A DNA stretch of 64,000 nt from Zootoca vivipara (taxonomy: Eukaryota): NCBI RefSeq assembly GCF_963506605.1, contig NC_083281.1:42904001-42968000 (forward strand), given 5' to 3'. Both the position numbers and the translations under genes were made by a program. A model generated the notes under the pieces. That model did not search any database. It saw only the letters and a list, made by a program, of their open reading frames with translations, and was not told the origin of the DNA. Shown piece after piece: positions 1-21,799 of the stretch. Position 1 is the stretch's first letter. The number at the start of each line of letters is the position of its first letter.

Positions 1-433
1 ACTTCCCTGGGGGTTTGGAGGGAGGTAATAGAATGTAGATCAAAATGTACATGTCTAAAACCAGAGTAGCACAACTTGGCAACCAGGACATACTTTTTCT
101 GTTACTTTCAGCACTTTAACTTCAGCTGAACCTTGCAGGTTTTTAAACCCTGGAATCTTCCAAGGCTCTTGCATCTCCAAGCTTACCTAAAGTTTCTCCT
201 GAACGTGGGCAGAGTACCATTCTCACATCTTTTGCCATAACCCAGCCCTTTTGTGTGAGCACATGGGACAGAAGGGCATGTATTCCAAGCAAGCTTGAGT
301 TACTTACCTCTCCACCCCCCACACTTGAAACTGTTACATAAATTTGACCTGAACTTCAGCCAGTAATGTCTGCCTGTTTTGGTTTGGTTTTGAGCATAGG
401 TGAAGTTCTGAGCATTTGTGTTCCCTTTCTCAG

Positions 434-1676
434 GTATTTAGTCAACCTTGGCTGCATCAAACCCCTGTGTGACCTTCTGACTGTCATGGACTCCAAGATC
501 GTTCAAGTGGCCCTGAATGGCCTGGAGAACATCTTGCGACTGGGCGAGCAGGAGGCCAAGCAGAATGGCTCTGGCATCAACCCCTATTGCAGCCTTATTG
601 AGGAAGCGTATGGTGAGTTGGCCAGTCTGAAATCTTGAAACTATTTTCCCGAGGCAACTTAATAAGTATACCCTCATTTGCAAACACTTCCCAATAAATT
701 GTCAGTGATTCTTCCTTCACATCCTCACACATACCTGCATGGGACCTCGGCTCCTCCATCTCCACTAGACTCAGCCACCTGCAAGTCCTTCCTCTTCTTG
801 CTTGCTTCTCTCTTAATGGCCAGAACCGCCTCCCAGACTCACTGGTGTGATGGAAGCTTCCTCAAAGGTCCAACTTTTCCTTGAACTTTTTGACACACTT
901 TAGCCCTCCATAAACCCTATCACAACTTTGCCAACCTTCAGCTGTTTGAGACTACAGCTCCCATCCGACAAACAAGATTTGAGCACAAGACCACTCTCTC
1001 CTCCTCCTGTGGTTTCCAGCAGCTGTTATTTAGAAGCATTACTGCCTCTGAGCACGAGGGCAGATGACAGCTGTTTCCTCCATTAATTTGTCTGTGCTCT
1101 TTAAGCCATCCAGGTTGGTGGCCATCTCTGCCTCCTATGGGAGTGAGTTCCATAGTTGTAGCTATAGCATAGCACAGGGGTCAGCAAACTTTTTCAGCCG
1201 TGGGCCGGTCCACTGTCCCTCAGACCTTTTGGGGGGCCGGACTATATTTTGAAAAAAATATATGAACGAATTCCTATGCCCCACAAATAACCCAGAGATG
1301 CTTTTTAAATAAAAGGACACATTCTACTCATGTAAAAACACGCTGATTCCCGAACCATCCACGGGCCGGATTTAGAAGGCGATTGGGCTGCATCCGGCCC
1401 CCGGGCCTTAGTTTGGGGACCCCTGGCATAGCACCAGGTGGTGGAGCTGTGTATGCATAATAACAAGGACCATCTGTTTCTCCTCCAGGCTTGGATAAAA
1501 TAGAGTTTCTCCAGAGCCATGAAAACCAAGAGATCTACCAGAAAGCCTTTGATCTGATTGAGCACTACTTTGGCATTGATGACGATGACTCCACTTTGGC
1601 TCCCCAGGTAGACGAGACCCAGCAGCAGTTTATCTTCCAGCAACCAGAGGCCCCCATGGAAGGCTTCCAGCTATAA
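434..1676 (+). CDS. KPNA6: Importin subunit alpha-7 (karyopherin alpha 6), last two coding exons: 434..612 and 1489..1676; gene starts before the window
   Basis: Exons translate to [60 protein letters not shown] / [61 protein letters not shown], the importin-alpha C-terminus. Splice sites ctcag|G at 433/434, G|gtgagt at 612/613 and ctccag|GC at 1488/1489 keep phase. Position directly upstream of TXLNA matches KPNA6. Confidence 0.95.
1175..1425. mobile_element. Non-autonomous hAT (Charlie-like) MITE in the last KPNA6 intron
   Basis: TIRs CAGGGGTCAGCAAACT ... AGTTTGGGGACCCCTG; perfect 8-bp TSD GCATAGCA at 1167-1174 and 1426-1433. Confidence 0.9.
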
Positions 1677-3680
1677 CGTGTGTGCAGAGTGGGGGAAGGG
1701 GGGAGAACATCGTAACTTTGTTGGAAAGTTAACTGCAGAGAGCCTTCACACCCCCAGCCGTGTTCTCTTCTCAGCCAAACAGAAGGCTGCAAAGTGCCCA
1801 CTCCACCTGTTACAAAACAGCTTTCTCCTTCACTGACACATGGCAGCAGTAGTTCGTGCTCATGATGAAGAAGAAGCAGAAGAAGAGAGATTCTTACACA
1901 CAATACATTTTTTTCCTTTTTGCTGCTGCACATGTGTGTCAAAAAAGCAGGTGCTGAGGTGGATGAAAGTGGAGGTGTAAATCAGTTACACCTTCTAGTG
2001 TGTGGTTTTCCTCTGGGGTTTTTTGTGTTGGTTTTTTCTCAAATTGTATCTTCACTTGGGTACTTGAGAAATGACTTTTTTTCCAGTGGGAGAAGGCAAA
2101 ATAACGTAGATCACAACCAAGGAATTTAATCCTGGATGCTTGGGTTCAACTATTTAAAAAAAATTCTTTTTTGCACATCTTGATTTTTATTAAAGACTCT
2201 TGATTGATCTGCCAAAAGCAGCACTTTGGCCCTCATTGTTCTGTGTCGTGTCCCCCCCCCCCCGGAAACCCTCTTGCCAAACAGCACCTTTCCAAGGGAT
2301 TTGGGCCAAGTTGCTGCTGCTCCTGCCCCCTCCTCAAAAATATTCCTGTACCCAGATGCAGGAAAAGTTGGACAGCCCCATCCCACCAGGCATCGGAAAG
2401 ACTGTCCTTCATGGAGGGATTCTTTTTTGAACTGCTTCAGAATTCAAACAGTGCAGCAGTTCCCACTGTCTCCTGGAGGCCCAGTCTAAGGAAGAGGAAG
2501 AGGCCTAGGATAAAAGGACTCAAAGCACAGCTAACCATGAAGGTGGGCTTCTCTTACATTTGCTACTGACTGAAGTGTTGAACTGGTGGAGGAAACCTCA
2601 TCCTGCATCTTTACTTGAAGAAAAATTTCAAAACTTATTGAAGCCTTTTGGTTCCATGTCATTTATTTTGAAAGAGATTCTTTCCCTTTTTAGGGTCTAG
2701 GCTGGCTGGGGTGGGGACAAACCTGACACGTTTCCTGGAGCAGGTCTTGTGCCTGCACTTGGTGCACAATCTGCTCTCAGCTCAAAGAGTCAAGTGGCCT
2801 GTGTTTTCTCAGAATTACCTCCTGCTCAACTGTGTCGTATACATTCTACTTCAAAATGAAGAAGAGAAAGCTCTGTATTTTTTATATATTATATATACAC
2901 GTAGATATTTGTCTAATTTGGTCTCCAGAGGGGGGAAACTATAATTCTTCTAAGGTATATATATAGGATACTGTGTGGCAGGCCTGCCTAGGAACACATG
3001 GCCATGGAAACCTCTTTGGTTATCTTGAGTTCTCCTTTTACCTACTGTAGGAAGTGCCAGATTAGTTGAACTCCCTTTACCAGGTATAGATTACTTGGCC
3101 AAGGCAAACTATAAGCTTATTTCTGTGATGGGGAATGGCCCCTTCAGATTGCTTAAATGCTTACGGTATGCACATATCCCCTCCCCCTTTTCTTCTCACT
3201 CTCCGACATTTGAATTCAGGGTTCCCAAAGCATTCAAGAAGAGACATTCAGGCAGGTGTGAAGCTGGATGCGAAACCTTGGGCTGCATTTTGTAATAGAG
3301 ATTTGCTCTTTGTTGTTTAAAAGGGAAAAAAATGAAACAAATGCCAAGGAAACTAATAAACTACATCTGTGCATTCAGTGATTGCAATCCAGATAAGACT
3401 GGAGTGAAGACTCTTTTCCTTAACATAACACTAGCAATATCCAGGATCCAATGTGCAAGATGGCATGGATGCTTTTATTTGTGTCTTGCAATGACCCTGC
3501 AAGGTAGGTTAACATCATTTTTACCGTTGAAGGGGAATGGAGGCAAAGTACTCCTGACTGAGGCCACAGTGTTTTCTTGATGCAGCTGCGGCTTTGAACC
3601 TACTCGGCAGTCATAGGTGGGTTGGCACTCTTCACTGCCGGGCAGCATTGCTTTCTACAGTTGGTCGCATAGTTTTAAAA

Positions 3681-3726
<46 letters not shown>
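3681..3726. repeat. (ATT)n microsatellite
   Basis: Uninterrupted attattatt run. Confidence 0.95.
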
Positions 3727-3728
<2 letters not shown>

Positions 3729-6609
3729 TAAACTAATTACTGATTTTAGAGATGCTTGCATAGAGAGCATTGAATTGAAGGACCCCCACTGTACAGGCAT
3801 AGATCAGGGCATATAAAGGGGTGGGGGATAAGGAGAGCTTCACTATTTCCAGCAAATATACGGGGTTCTTAGTTCTTGCTACAAGAAAGAAAGTTAAACA
3901 AGAATTCTGCCTGTTGAAATAACCCAAAAAGTTCATAAAAAGTGCCTCTCCTGGTTCTCAGTCTAGGTTATACAAGCCGTGTTGCAGCATGTAGATGAGT
4001 CTGCTTTACTGACACACCAACCTCATCCTCCTGGTGCAGTTTTTCCTTTTTTGTTTTTGTTTCCATGTAATATAATTTGGAGTGGGAAACTTGTGGCTCT
4101 CCAGATGTTTGGACTACAGCTCCCATCATCCCTGACAATTGGCCATGCTTTCTTGGTTTGGTAGGAGCTTGAGTCCAATGCTGTCCAAAGGGTGACAAGT
4201 TTCCCGATTTAAATGAACCAAAGGCTCAAGCACAAGCAAAGCAATATGAATGCCTAGACATATTCCTGCAAAAGGGTTAGTACAAGTTAAAATTGAATGT
4301 GGGGAATGTGTACCGTGCAGGTGCAAGTTCTTAGTTAACATGTTCTTCTAGGGTCCAGCTAAAGTGGAAAAGTTCAAGAAGAGGAGGAGCCAAAAGCTGC
4401 TGTTCTCTGAGCTGTGCTAATGAAGTGGCCCTGCATCCCTTCTTTCCATTATTTTATTTTGACCTGATGTTGTGGCTGCTATGAAGTGGCAGAAGGGAAA
4501 GAAGCTGGCTTGTTAACAGAACTGGTGGTGACCTTCTCTTGCTTCTTACTTAACTACATCCTCGTCTCTCTGAATTTGTACTGGTCTGATGTCGTCCTGT
4601 GACCACAGGCTGAGCTGCTAGGGGATGCAAGAGGAACATGGAGTGATCTGAGGCCTGGAAGCTGGCCTTTGCAGGAATCCACCTTAGCGCCCAAATGGGT
4701 CACCAAGGGAGAGGGAGGTGCCACTATAATGTGCTTGGGAGGGGGAACTTCCTCCCTGCTGCTCTTGTTCCCAGCTACTGAGGGAAGCTTTTCCAGTCAG
4801 GTGTGTGAGAGAATTTGAGGTGCATGGAGAGAGATTGTCCTTTTGATGGGAAGTTGCATGGGTGGGTGGAGATATTATGACCTTTTATGTAGATTTAGAA
4901 GCTGAGAAAGAAAAAGCACATTATGGTTATTGGGAGGGAAACTGAGGCAAGGAGATGGGGGTTGGGAGCAGAGTGAACGAGGGGAGGAAGCCCCAGGTAC
5001 CTCGATTATGCAAATATAAGTGGATTTATACATCTTTTATCTATATGCTTATGTCTCTGTACAATCTTTGTAATACACGCAGCTGATGGTATGAAATTCC
5101 TGTGCCACACAACTCCTACCTATATTCTTTCCCCACTTGTTAAGAATTCCAGTCAGGCAAGGGCTGATTTTAATATGTCTGTTTACAACTAATAACTATA
5201 CTGCCTTGTCTCAAATACAAGCATATCAACAAAGGCAACTGTTGCTCACATTGAGAAATTTAGGTGGGGCTGAATGATATGCATCCAATAACCAAGCTCT
5301 TCTGTTCTCTCACCCTCCTAATAAGACGTTAGCTACACGAGGGGCAAATGTACTTTCCCTTACAATCCCAATGATGTGAAAGTAGAGTTGGTCCGCTTTG
5401 TTTGCTTTAAATATATTCATGAAAATATGCAGACTCCTTGAACCTTAAGTAGGTATCCAGGTCTACTTGGTCTGTAAAAAATATGTACAATTCCCTTGCC
5501 AACTCATCTACCTCTTGTTCTGAAGAATACTGTTTTTTGGAAAAGGACAAGGCCACTGTGACCAGGACCTGGACTACTGAAAGCATAAGTTCTGAAATTA
5601 TGTGACCCATCACATCTCAAAGGACATAATCAGAAATAGATGCTTCTTTTAAGGCAGGCTTTGCCCACCTGGTGCCCTCCTCAGATGTTATTCCACTGCA
5701 GCTCCCATCAACCCTAGCCAGTACTGAATGGTGCTGATAGTTGTGGTCCAGTCCAGCAACTTCTAGAGGACACCAGGTGGATGAAAGCCGCTTTAAACCT
5801 TCCAGCGAGTAATTGTGATGCAACTTTGTTGTGGTGATAGAAAACTTGGTTTATATCTCTTAGCATGATTTTTTTTAAAATCAAATTAGTGTGAGGCATA
5901 ATGTATATGCCCCTTATTTGAACATCTTGGTGAAGGATCTTATTACAGCTGATCTGATTTCTCAAAGCAGACAAAGCTAGAAGTATTTGGTGGTGTTATT
6001 GTTGTTTTTACTATGGAAGTGTCATTTGGCTAATTTGTCATCAAACTGGGGCAGAAAACTTATTACTGTATTATTACTGTGTAGAAGACTAAATTCTTTT
6101 GATAACAAAAAGCCCAAGACCTCTGATTAATAGAAGGAAAGGGGACTGCAATATATAATGTTCCAAGGATTAAGTTAGAGGTTGTTGACTGTCATTTTAG
6201 GTTGATATTTGGATTTCTGAGTGACATGGGTGCCATCCCCTCTGGCCACTTTTACCCAGATCTCTTATAAAAGCAACTGTGTGTATTCATGTATGCACTT
6301 CCTCTCTGTGAGGGAGCGGCCTAATCCAGGGGAAAAGTTGGATCCAGTAGAACTAATCTAGTCCTTGAAAATCTCAGAGTATGTATCACTGTTCCAGTTT
6401 CCTCCTTCAGCTCTGCACTTTTTAGGGGGGGGGAGTTCACCATCCACATAACCACAGAACATAAAGTGGCTTCATAGGAGGGTTGCTATGTTGGTGAACT
6501 GAATTAATGTAGAACGGTGATAATATACTTGAGATTTCCAACTGAAATCTAGAACAATTATTTCTGGCATGGATAGTCTAGTAAATTTAAGGAAACCTAA
6601 TTCCTACCT

Positions 6610-6727
6610 AGAATCATAGAATCATAGAGTTGGAAGAGACCACAAGGGCCATCCAGTCCAACCCCCTGCCAAGCAGGAAACACCATCAAAGCATTCCTGA
6701 CAGATGGCTGTCAAGCCTCTGCTTAAA
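6610..6727 (-). mobile_element. CR1 LINE 3' end fragment
   Basis: tagaatcatagaatcatagagttggaagagaccacaagggccatccagtccaacc is the reverse complement of the CR1 3' terminus with its (ATTCTATG)n tail. Confidence 0.75.
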
Positions 6728-7214
6728 GAAGCTTTACCTAGAAGCCTACCTAGAAGCTTTATACTGCTATATGGATAAAACTAGACTAATGCACTGCAAT
6801 GTGCACTTTTATTTCTCTCTGGGGTTTTAACAATATATCTGCTCGCCTTTCAGACAGAATAAATCACGTTGATGAAAACAACATAATTAGCAAACAGGAT
6901 AAAATAAGGGAATGCAATAATAACTGCATTAATCTGATAAGTTTTGTAGAATTGGTGCTACTTGTGCAACCATGCTTTTTTTACTGTCCATATGTTTAAT
7001 TCAGATTTCCTCATACGGCAGAAAACCTGTTAAGTAAAAATATGGTGCACATTAGAAGTCATGGATGTGGTGGAAGCTTATTAGCATTTTAAAATTTTAA
7101 TTAATTTATTTTTGAGTGAGTTGCTTGTCACGCCCATTTGCTCCTTGCCTGAATAGCCCAACAACATCTGCTAGCCTTTTTTTCAATTGCTGCGTGTTGG
7201 ACTCTCATTATTCA

Positions 7215-7439
7215 AGTTACAGGTAGGTAGCCGTGTTGGTCTGAGTCGAAGCAAAATAAAAAAACCTAAGTTTTTATTTTGGTATGAGCTTTCGTGGGCA
7301 TGCACACTTCTTCAGATACAGTACACACTTCTTCAGATGTGTACTGTACTGTATCTGAAGCAGTGTGCATGCCCACGAAAGCTCATACCAAAATAAAAAC
7401 TTAGTTGGTCTTTAAGGTGCTACTGAAGGAATTTTTTAA
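7215..7439. mobile_element. Penelope-like element remnant (inverted pseudo-LTR) with 12-bp TSD
   Basis: About 60-bp inverted arms at 7266-7325 and 7345-7404; direct repeat TCTCATTATTCA at 7203-7214 and 7440-7451. Shares ttacaggtaggtagccgtgttggtc and gaaagctcataccaaaataaaaacttagttggtctttaaggtgctactgaagg with the copy at 48691-48876. Confidence 0.75.
7282..7319 (-). ncRNA. Minimal type I hammerhead ribozyme motif (Penelope-associated)
   Basis: Minus strand reads GUAU-CUGAAGA-A-GUGUGC AU GCCCAC-GAAA-GC-UC-AUAC: stem I GUAU/AUAC, core CUGANGA and GAAA, palindromic AGCU stem III, CUC cleavage triplet. Confidence 0.6.
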
Positions 7440-7799
7440 TCTCATTATTCAGTCTCTCAAGATAGCAACACATGTGAGGGGTTACCTTGGAGACAATAAC
7501 TGTGACACATTGGAACTTTTTTTTAAAAAAAAATGGCACAGGTCTTGTGTAAGACCACTTTATCTGAATTTCCGTATGGTTAAATTTCAGTGTTTTAATA
7601 ATCTAAGGAAGCCTGGCTTGTTTTAAGGCCACGGTAGCAAAGCGACCATTGCCAAGGATGAATCTCAACACACGCACGGAAGGACGAACGTATGCCCATT
7701 CTAATAGGGAGCAAAGTTATCTACCTTCCACGCTTCTAAGTACAACCATATAGCGCATCTGAAGCCCTTTTAGCACTTTAAGTTGAGTGTAAATGTTAA

Positions 7800-8620
7800 T
7801 TATGAAAGCTCTCCCTTGCGTGCCGCCGCCCTACCATTGGGTAAGATCCCTTCCCCTTTGCCACCTTCCTGGGTTTGGGTGGGTGCGTGGAACTAGCCGG
7901 GATTTGTTCTCCAGCAAGAAGCCCTGGACCGCATTCGAGAGGATGCTGGGAGTTGTAGTTTCAACGAGGCTGTATCTTACACCGCCCCGTTCCCCCGGAG
8001 TGATGCATGCCGGGAACTGTAGTGCAGCCCAGACTCCCGCCTCGCGTGCCGCTTTTTTCCACCCCATCGAAGTTTCCCAGCATGCTTCTCTCGGCCGCTC
8101 CCGCTGATTGGCTGGCGGCGGCTGGAGGCGCATGCGCAATTCTGAGACCCGGGGCCGGAGCTGTGTTCTCGAGCTTTTTGGAACCGCTAAATCCAGAGTG
8201 GAAACCAGGAGGAAGCGCTGGCGGCGACTCGTTAAGAAGAGAGTGGCGGCGGAGCAGCAAAAGGGAAAAAGCAAAAGCGAGCAGAGCAGCCCCGTGGGTG
8301 CTGGGAGGTGAGTTTGGTAGGACGCGTCATACCTCTGGGCAGTGACGTCAGAGCACTAGGGGTGACGACAACTCTGAGTGACGTGGTCGTGTGGAGAGCA
8401 GGGAGGGCCGCGGTAGCGCCCTTCCCCGGGGGAGCATTCGTAGTGGGGTCGGCAAGTTGAGGCTGGGGGTCGAGAGGAGTCCCGGGTGGGCCAGGACGGA
8501 GGCTGGGACTGGCTGGAAAGGTACCGGTAGGCAAACTGTATGGGGAGCGGGGCTGGGACTTAGTGGCAGGAGGAGGAGGCCTGTGGGTTTCCATAAGGCC
8601 TCCTTTCCCCGCCCCGCAAA
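7800..8620 (+). promoter_or_regulatory. TXLNA: CpG-island promoter and non-coding exon 1 of TXLNA (donor GAG|gtgagt at 8307/8308)
   Basis: CpG-rich. Two ZNF143/THAP11-type motifs (reverse ACTACAnnTCCC at 7943-7959 and 8005-8023), CCAAT box (ATTGG at 8107), NRF1 GCGCATGCGCA at 8128-8138, CRE TGACGTCA at 8343-8350. Confidence 0.85.
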
Positions 8621-9844
8621 GTTGCAAAGGTAAACACAGCAGCAACTCAAAATACATAAAAGGAAACTTGCGGCAGCAGCCATGGGCTGGTAAAAGCTGT
8701 AAAACCCACGCCGGGTATTTGGGGTGTTTGACTGAGTGGCAGAGAAACGGGGGCTGAGGTCAGTAGACTGCACAGATGAGGGAGAAACAGTAGTGCTGTT
8801 TTCTTGAGGGGGCCTTTTGGGGTATATTTGTAGGGTTTGGTGTGGGAGGTGAACAGGCAAAAATTTGGAGCCAAGCAGGGAGCATCTGGGGCCTGAGTTC
8901 CCAACTCATGTAATAACGAGGTGTTAGGGCTGAGGGAATAAAAATCATAGGTGGTGTTGAGCTAAGGGAAGGAGGGGTCCCGTGAGTTGCTGATGTCCTA
9001 AGGTAACTGGTTGTATTGGGAGCAAGGAAGGGCTGGCCCAAGACAGTTTGACACCTGAGACAAACCACAAAATGGCACAAAGCTGCCCACAAGAGAAAAA
9101 GAGGTGTGTGAAGATCTGCATCAGGAACAAGCGGGGGTCAGGGTGGAAAGGAATAAAGTGCTACATCGGGAACAAGAGTGGGAGGAGACCAGCAGTGCCT
9201 CCTATTCACCGGGAGGCCACTGTAGAGGCAACATTGGGGAGGGGGGCAGCAATGCATTCCTTGGGGACTGGATCTGCTGTCCCTGTGGACCCTGCCGCCT
9301 GAGGTGGGCCTCATGGGTGGTTCCAACCCTGGAGTGGGGCTTGGCTGATAAGGCAGAGGTAAGTCACTTGGTGGGGTTCGTAGGGGAACATCTGAGAGCA
9401 TTTTGTTTTCTTGTAAGGGACTGGCAATGTTCTCTGGGACTGTGTGGAAATGTGCCACATATTTTTTTTGCATAGGAGAGGCATAATGGGAATGGGCTAG
9501 GAGTTTGAGGCTCCCTCAATTGATAGGGTTCACATGTTAGCTTTTAACAGGCCTCTCTTACCTTGTTGCTGATGGGGATGGGTGTGGCCAGGGCAGGAAG
9601 ATAAATCAGGGGTGTGCTGAGAGAAAGCAACCATACAAATTTTCCCAAGCTGTAATGAATGATACATGATTTCAATGACTGCATCAGCGGCTATCCTTTC
9701 TCCTGAATGTGGTGTTTTCTTAGCTAGTAATGACTTTTAATTTCCATTGAAATTGCCAGTCATCCTCTGAACTTAATGCTAAACAGAGGGCCACATTTTT
9801 CTTTTACTAGACGCTGTTGGAAGTGGCTTGGAAGGTGACTTACA

Positions 9845-18586
<8,742 letters not shown>

Positions 18587-20751
18587 AGATGGAGGAAGGG
18601 GGAGAGGCAGGCATACCTCTCCAGAGACTGGGCCCCAGGCCTGGGGTGACAAAGCTCAGTCCCCCACCCCCCAGGCACTTAAGGTGTCCCAGTTTAAGCT
18701 TGAAGGCGTTTTTCTTTTCTTTTTTGCTTTATAAAAATTATCTCACTATATATTACACGATATGATGTGCAGGGCAACTCCCACTTTTTATATATAGGCC
18801 TAGGAACTAGATTGAAACACATCCTTGTGTGTCGTGCGAACATCTCGATAAGTGTGTGGCAGTTTCACCAAAATACCTTTTGAAGTATGGGTGTGGGGGA
18901 ATCTTGCCAACCCTAACCCTATCCCCCTCCCCCAAACACAGTTCGGCTGCTACATCTCACTGTGGGTGCTATGCCATGAATGCAAATTTAGGAGGTTGGC
19001 ATCAGGGCGGCCCTTGGAGGATTTGTTTCTTTTTCTCATATATTGACCAGACCCAGAGGCTTAAAACCAGAACAGGAGACTCGGGAGTTTGCTATCTAGT
19101 AGGTTATTTTTAGCATGTAGATTCCCCCAAGAAAGTGGAGAATAAAGTAGATGTGACTTTGCTTCACGGGGACAGGAGACTGAGAGTCCTGTTGGTTTGA
19201 GGAGAGGGTGGGTGGGGAGCATCCTCTCTGGGACTTTGCTACTTCCAGAATCTATGTTTCAACAGCCTTACGACTTCACCGTTGCCTCTATGCTTATACA
19301 CGCACAAGTGTATGTATTAAAGATTTAATCCAAAGGTTTTCCTTCCTTAAGTGTTTTGCACATGATGAGCACCCGTGCACATGGTTGCATGTGGGAAATG
19401 CTCTGGGGGTGGGGGTGGGGCGGGCAGGGGGAGTGAATCCCCTGCATGTGTTATATACTCCTCTTTGGGATACTTTGGTATTGAACGTCTCCACAGTCCC
19501 AGAGGCTCAGGGAGACAAACCCTAATCTCCCAGGCAGCAAAGCCCAATAACTAGAAACAAACTTAACACACATCAGGAGCTGCCTGGAGATTGTCCTCCG
19601 TGACCGGACTCCCGTTTCCTTATCTTAACAGCACTTTTCCTTGAGCCACCTTCTCCATGAGCCACAGAGTTCCATGTCAGTAAAAAAGAGGTTTCCTATT
19701 TAGTCCTCAGTGCTGCCATGGCTAGTTTAAAAGCATAGAGGCTTTTTCTGTTTGTGATTTCAACTTCTGCTGCTTCTTTGGCTTGAAACCCAACTACAGA
19801 CTTCTTTGCGTTTTAGTAGCTGCCTTTGCTTTTAAAACTTTGCATCCCTCCTCACTGGGGCCATGATTAGCCTTTATTATAATTCCTGTCTTGCTGAGCT
19901 GCCTATTCCTCAGTTGTGTTTTGAGCTGTTGAGTGTTGGTGTTTGGGAACAGCTGTGGTCCGGCACCATTCAGGCCCAGCCCTATATACTTCAAACACTC
20001 TGTGTTAAAGGAAGCTGGGCTTTAGGAAACAGGATTAGCAATGCATTTTGTACGATCTGACTTCTCACTCAGGTTGGCAGATTTCTTGCAGAGCTGTTTT
20101 GCTTCCTTGTTTCTCTTACTGGGTGACATCCAGCATTGCACCAGCAGATATGGCAGGACTTCACCTTTGCCACAGCCCCTGTCCCCACGCACACCCAATC
20201 TGCTCTGGAGGGTCCATCAACCCTTGAGCAATTTCAAGGGTGATGGGGTGGCTGGGGTGGGGCTGGGGAGAGCAAGTCCATGCTATGAATGGGCCGCCTC
20301 CCATCCTCTTCCTCGTACTTTGCAGGGCTTGGCCGAAAGCTGATGAATGTAAATGGGAGATAGAACTTTAGTCTTGGAGCGGGACAGAACTGAACACCGG
20401 GATGTTTCAAGAAAACCTTCCAATTTTTTTTAATGCAGTGGTACAGGCAATATCTAGATCTGTTATATATATCTTTGTATCCAATACAAATGAACATAAA
20501 CTTGACTGCATGTCTGTGCTCCTTTTTTTCTCCGCTACCATCATGGATATTGAGGCAGGCTATTGAGCTTGGCACACGGCACCAATTTCCAGATTCCATC
20601 CTAATTCGCTAAAAAGGGTATTTTGGCCCTTTTCAAGGGGCTTGGGACAGTTTTTGTATCACTTTCATGTGTACTGTAAGCGGTGAAAATGGGTCTGGGA
20701 AATATTTTTCACTTGCTTAGCTTCAAAATCATTTTTTGGTTAGGATTCAGA

Positions 20752-20757
20752 AATAAA
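20752..20757 (+). terminator. TXLNA: Candidate TXLNA polyadenylation signal
   Basis: AATAAA about 2.2 kb after the stop and before the CCDC28B CpG island. Confidence 0.45.
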
Positions 20758-21799
20758 ACCAATGTAGTGCTTTAGAGGGAGTGTTAGACTTCTTAAGCAT
20801 TAACACCAGACTTTCAGGTCCCAGTTCAAGAAGACAACTCAGATTTTTTCATTGGTCTAGAATACTGAAGACTGAAGTTACAAGGGGTAGTCCTAATTTG
20901 TATTATAATTTAATTTGAACTCTAGTTACATTTTTTAAAATGAAACCATAGAGCTGTGAGGGACCTCAAATACCATCCAATGTACTGTTACAGCAGCCTT
21001 GTGGAGGTGTGGGCCATTCAGCTTCTGTTTAAAAACCTCTTAACCAAAAAGAGTGTCCACCACTGTTCCAGATTGAATATCTTGTGCTGTTAGCATGGCA
21101 AGTTCTTCCCAATGCTTTGTTGAAACCATGTACTGTATGTAAATTTGAATGAACTGGTGTGGAACGTGGGGTGACCTGACACCCCTCTGATTCTGACCAT
21201 TGGCCAGGACCGATTTTGAGTCAGATCCAACAAAATCTGGAGCATAGATGAAGCAGCACCTGTATCTCCAGTTATACAACTGCCATGAGGCATCCTAGCC
21301 CCTGTTCAGGCTTTTGGGGGGGGGTGCAGTGTGCTTTCATGAATTGTACTCCTTCAGCAACACTTGTGATAAAGGAATTGTAGCTGTGTGCCCTGCCCCA
21401 AAGCCTAGGCTATGAATATGACCAAACGCAGATCCACCCCCACTGGGGAGGTTCTGCAGGCCATCATATGTCAGGCTTAAAAGCTTCTGCTTGGGGCAAG
21501 CAGCTAAACTTCTAATTTACATTTTTCAAAGGATGGGGGCTCCACCTCTCCTTTTCTTTCTTTATAAAGGTCCTGCTTCTACCCTGGATAAATGTACCAG
21601 GTCAAGCTATCCTGGGCGTGAAGGGAGGGAAGAAGTCTAATGTACTACTTGGGCTGAATGGACGCTGTGGGGTCAGGAGGGGGAAGATGGGCAGAGGAAG
21701 GCCTACCTAGGTGGAATCCGATGCCTTCTGTCCATGCCCAGAGACCTTTTCCCGTCTACGTGCTCTTGGGCTACTGAAGCCTATCCTCCAAAACGGGTT

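Larger units (their letters stand above)
1677..6863 (+). other. KPNA6: Probable long KPNA6 3' UTR ending near AATAAA 6858-6863
   Basis: No coding exons recognised after the stop. AATAAA at 6858 lies before the TXLNA promoter. The true 3' end is inferred. Confidence 0.45.

Noticed and set aside
7793-8860. Several 100-170 aa ORFs over the TXLNA CpG island
   Set aside because: GC-rich, stop-poor sequence with overlapping ORFs in many frames and no recognisable domain.
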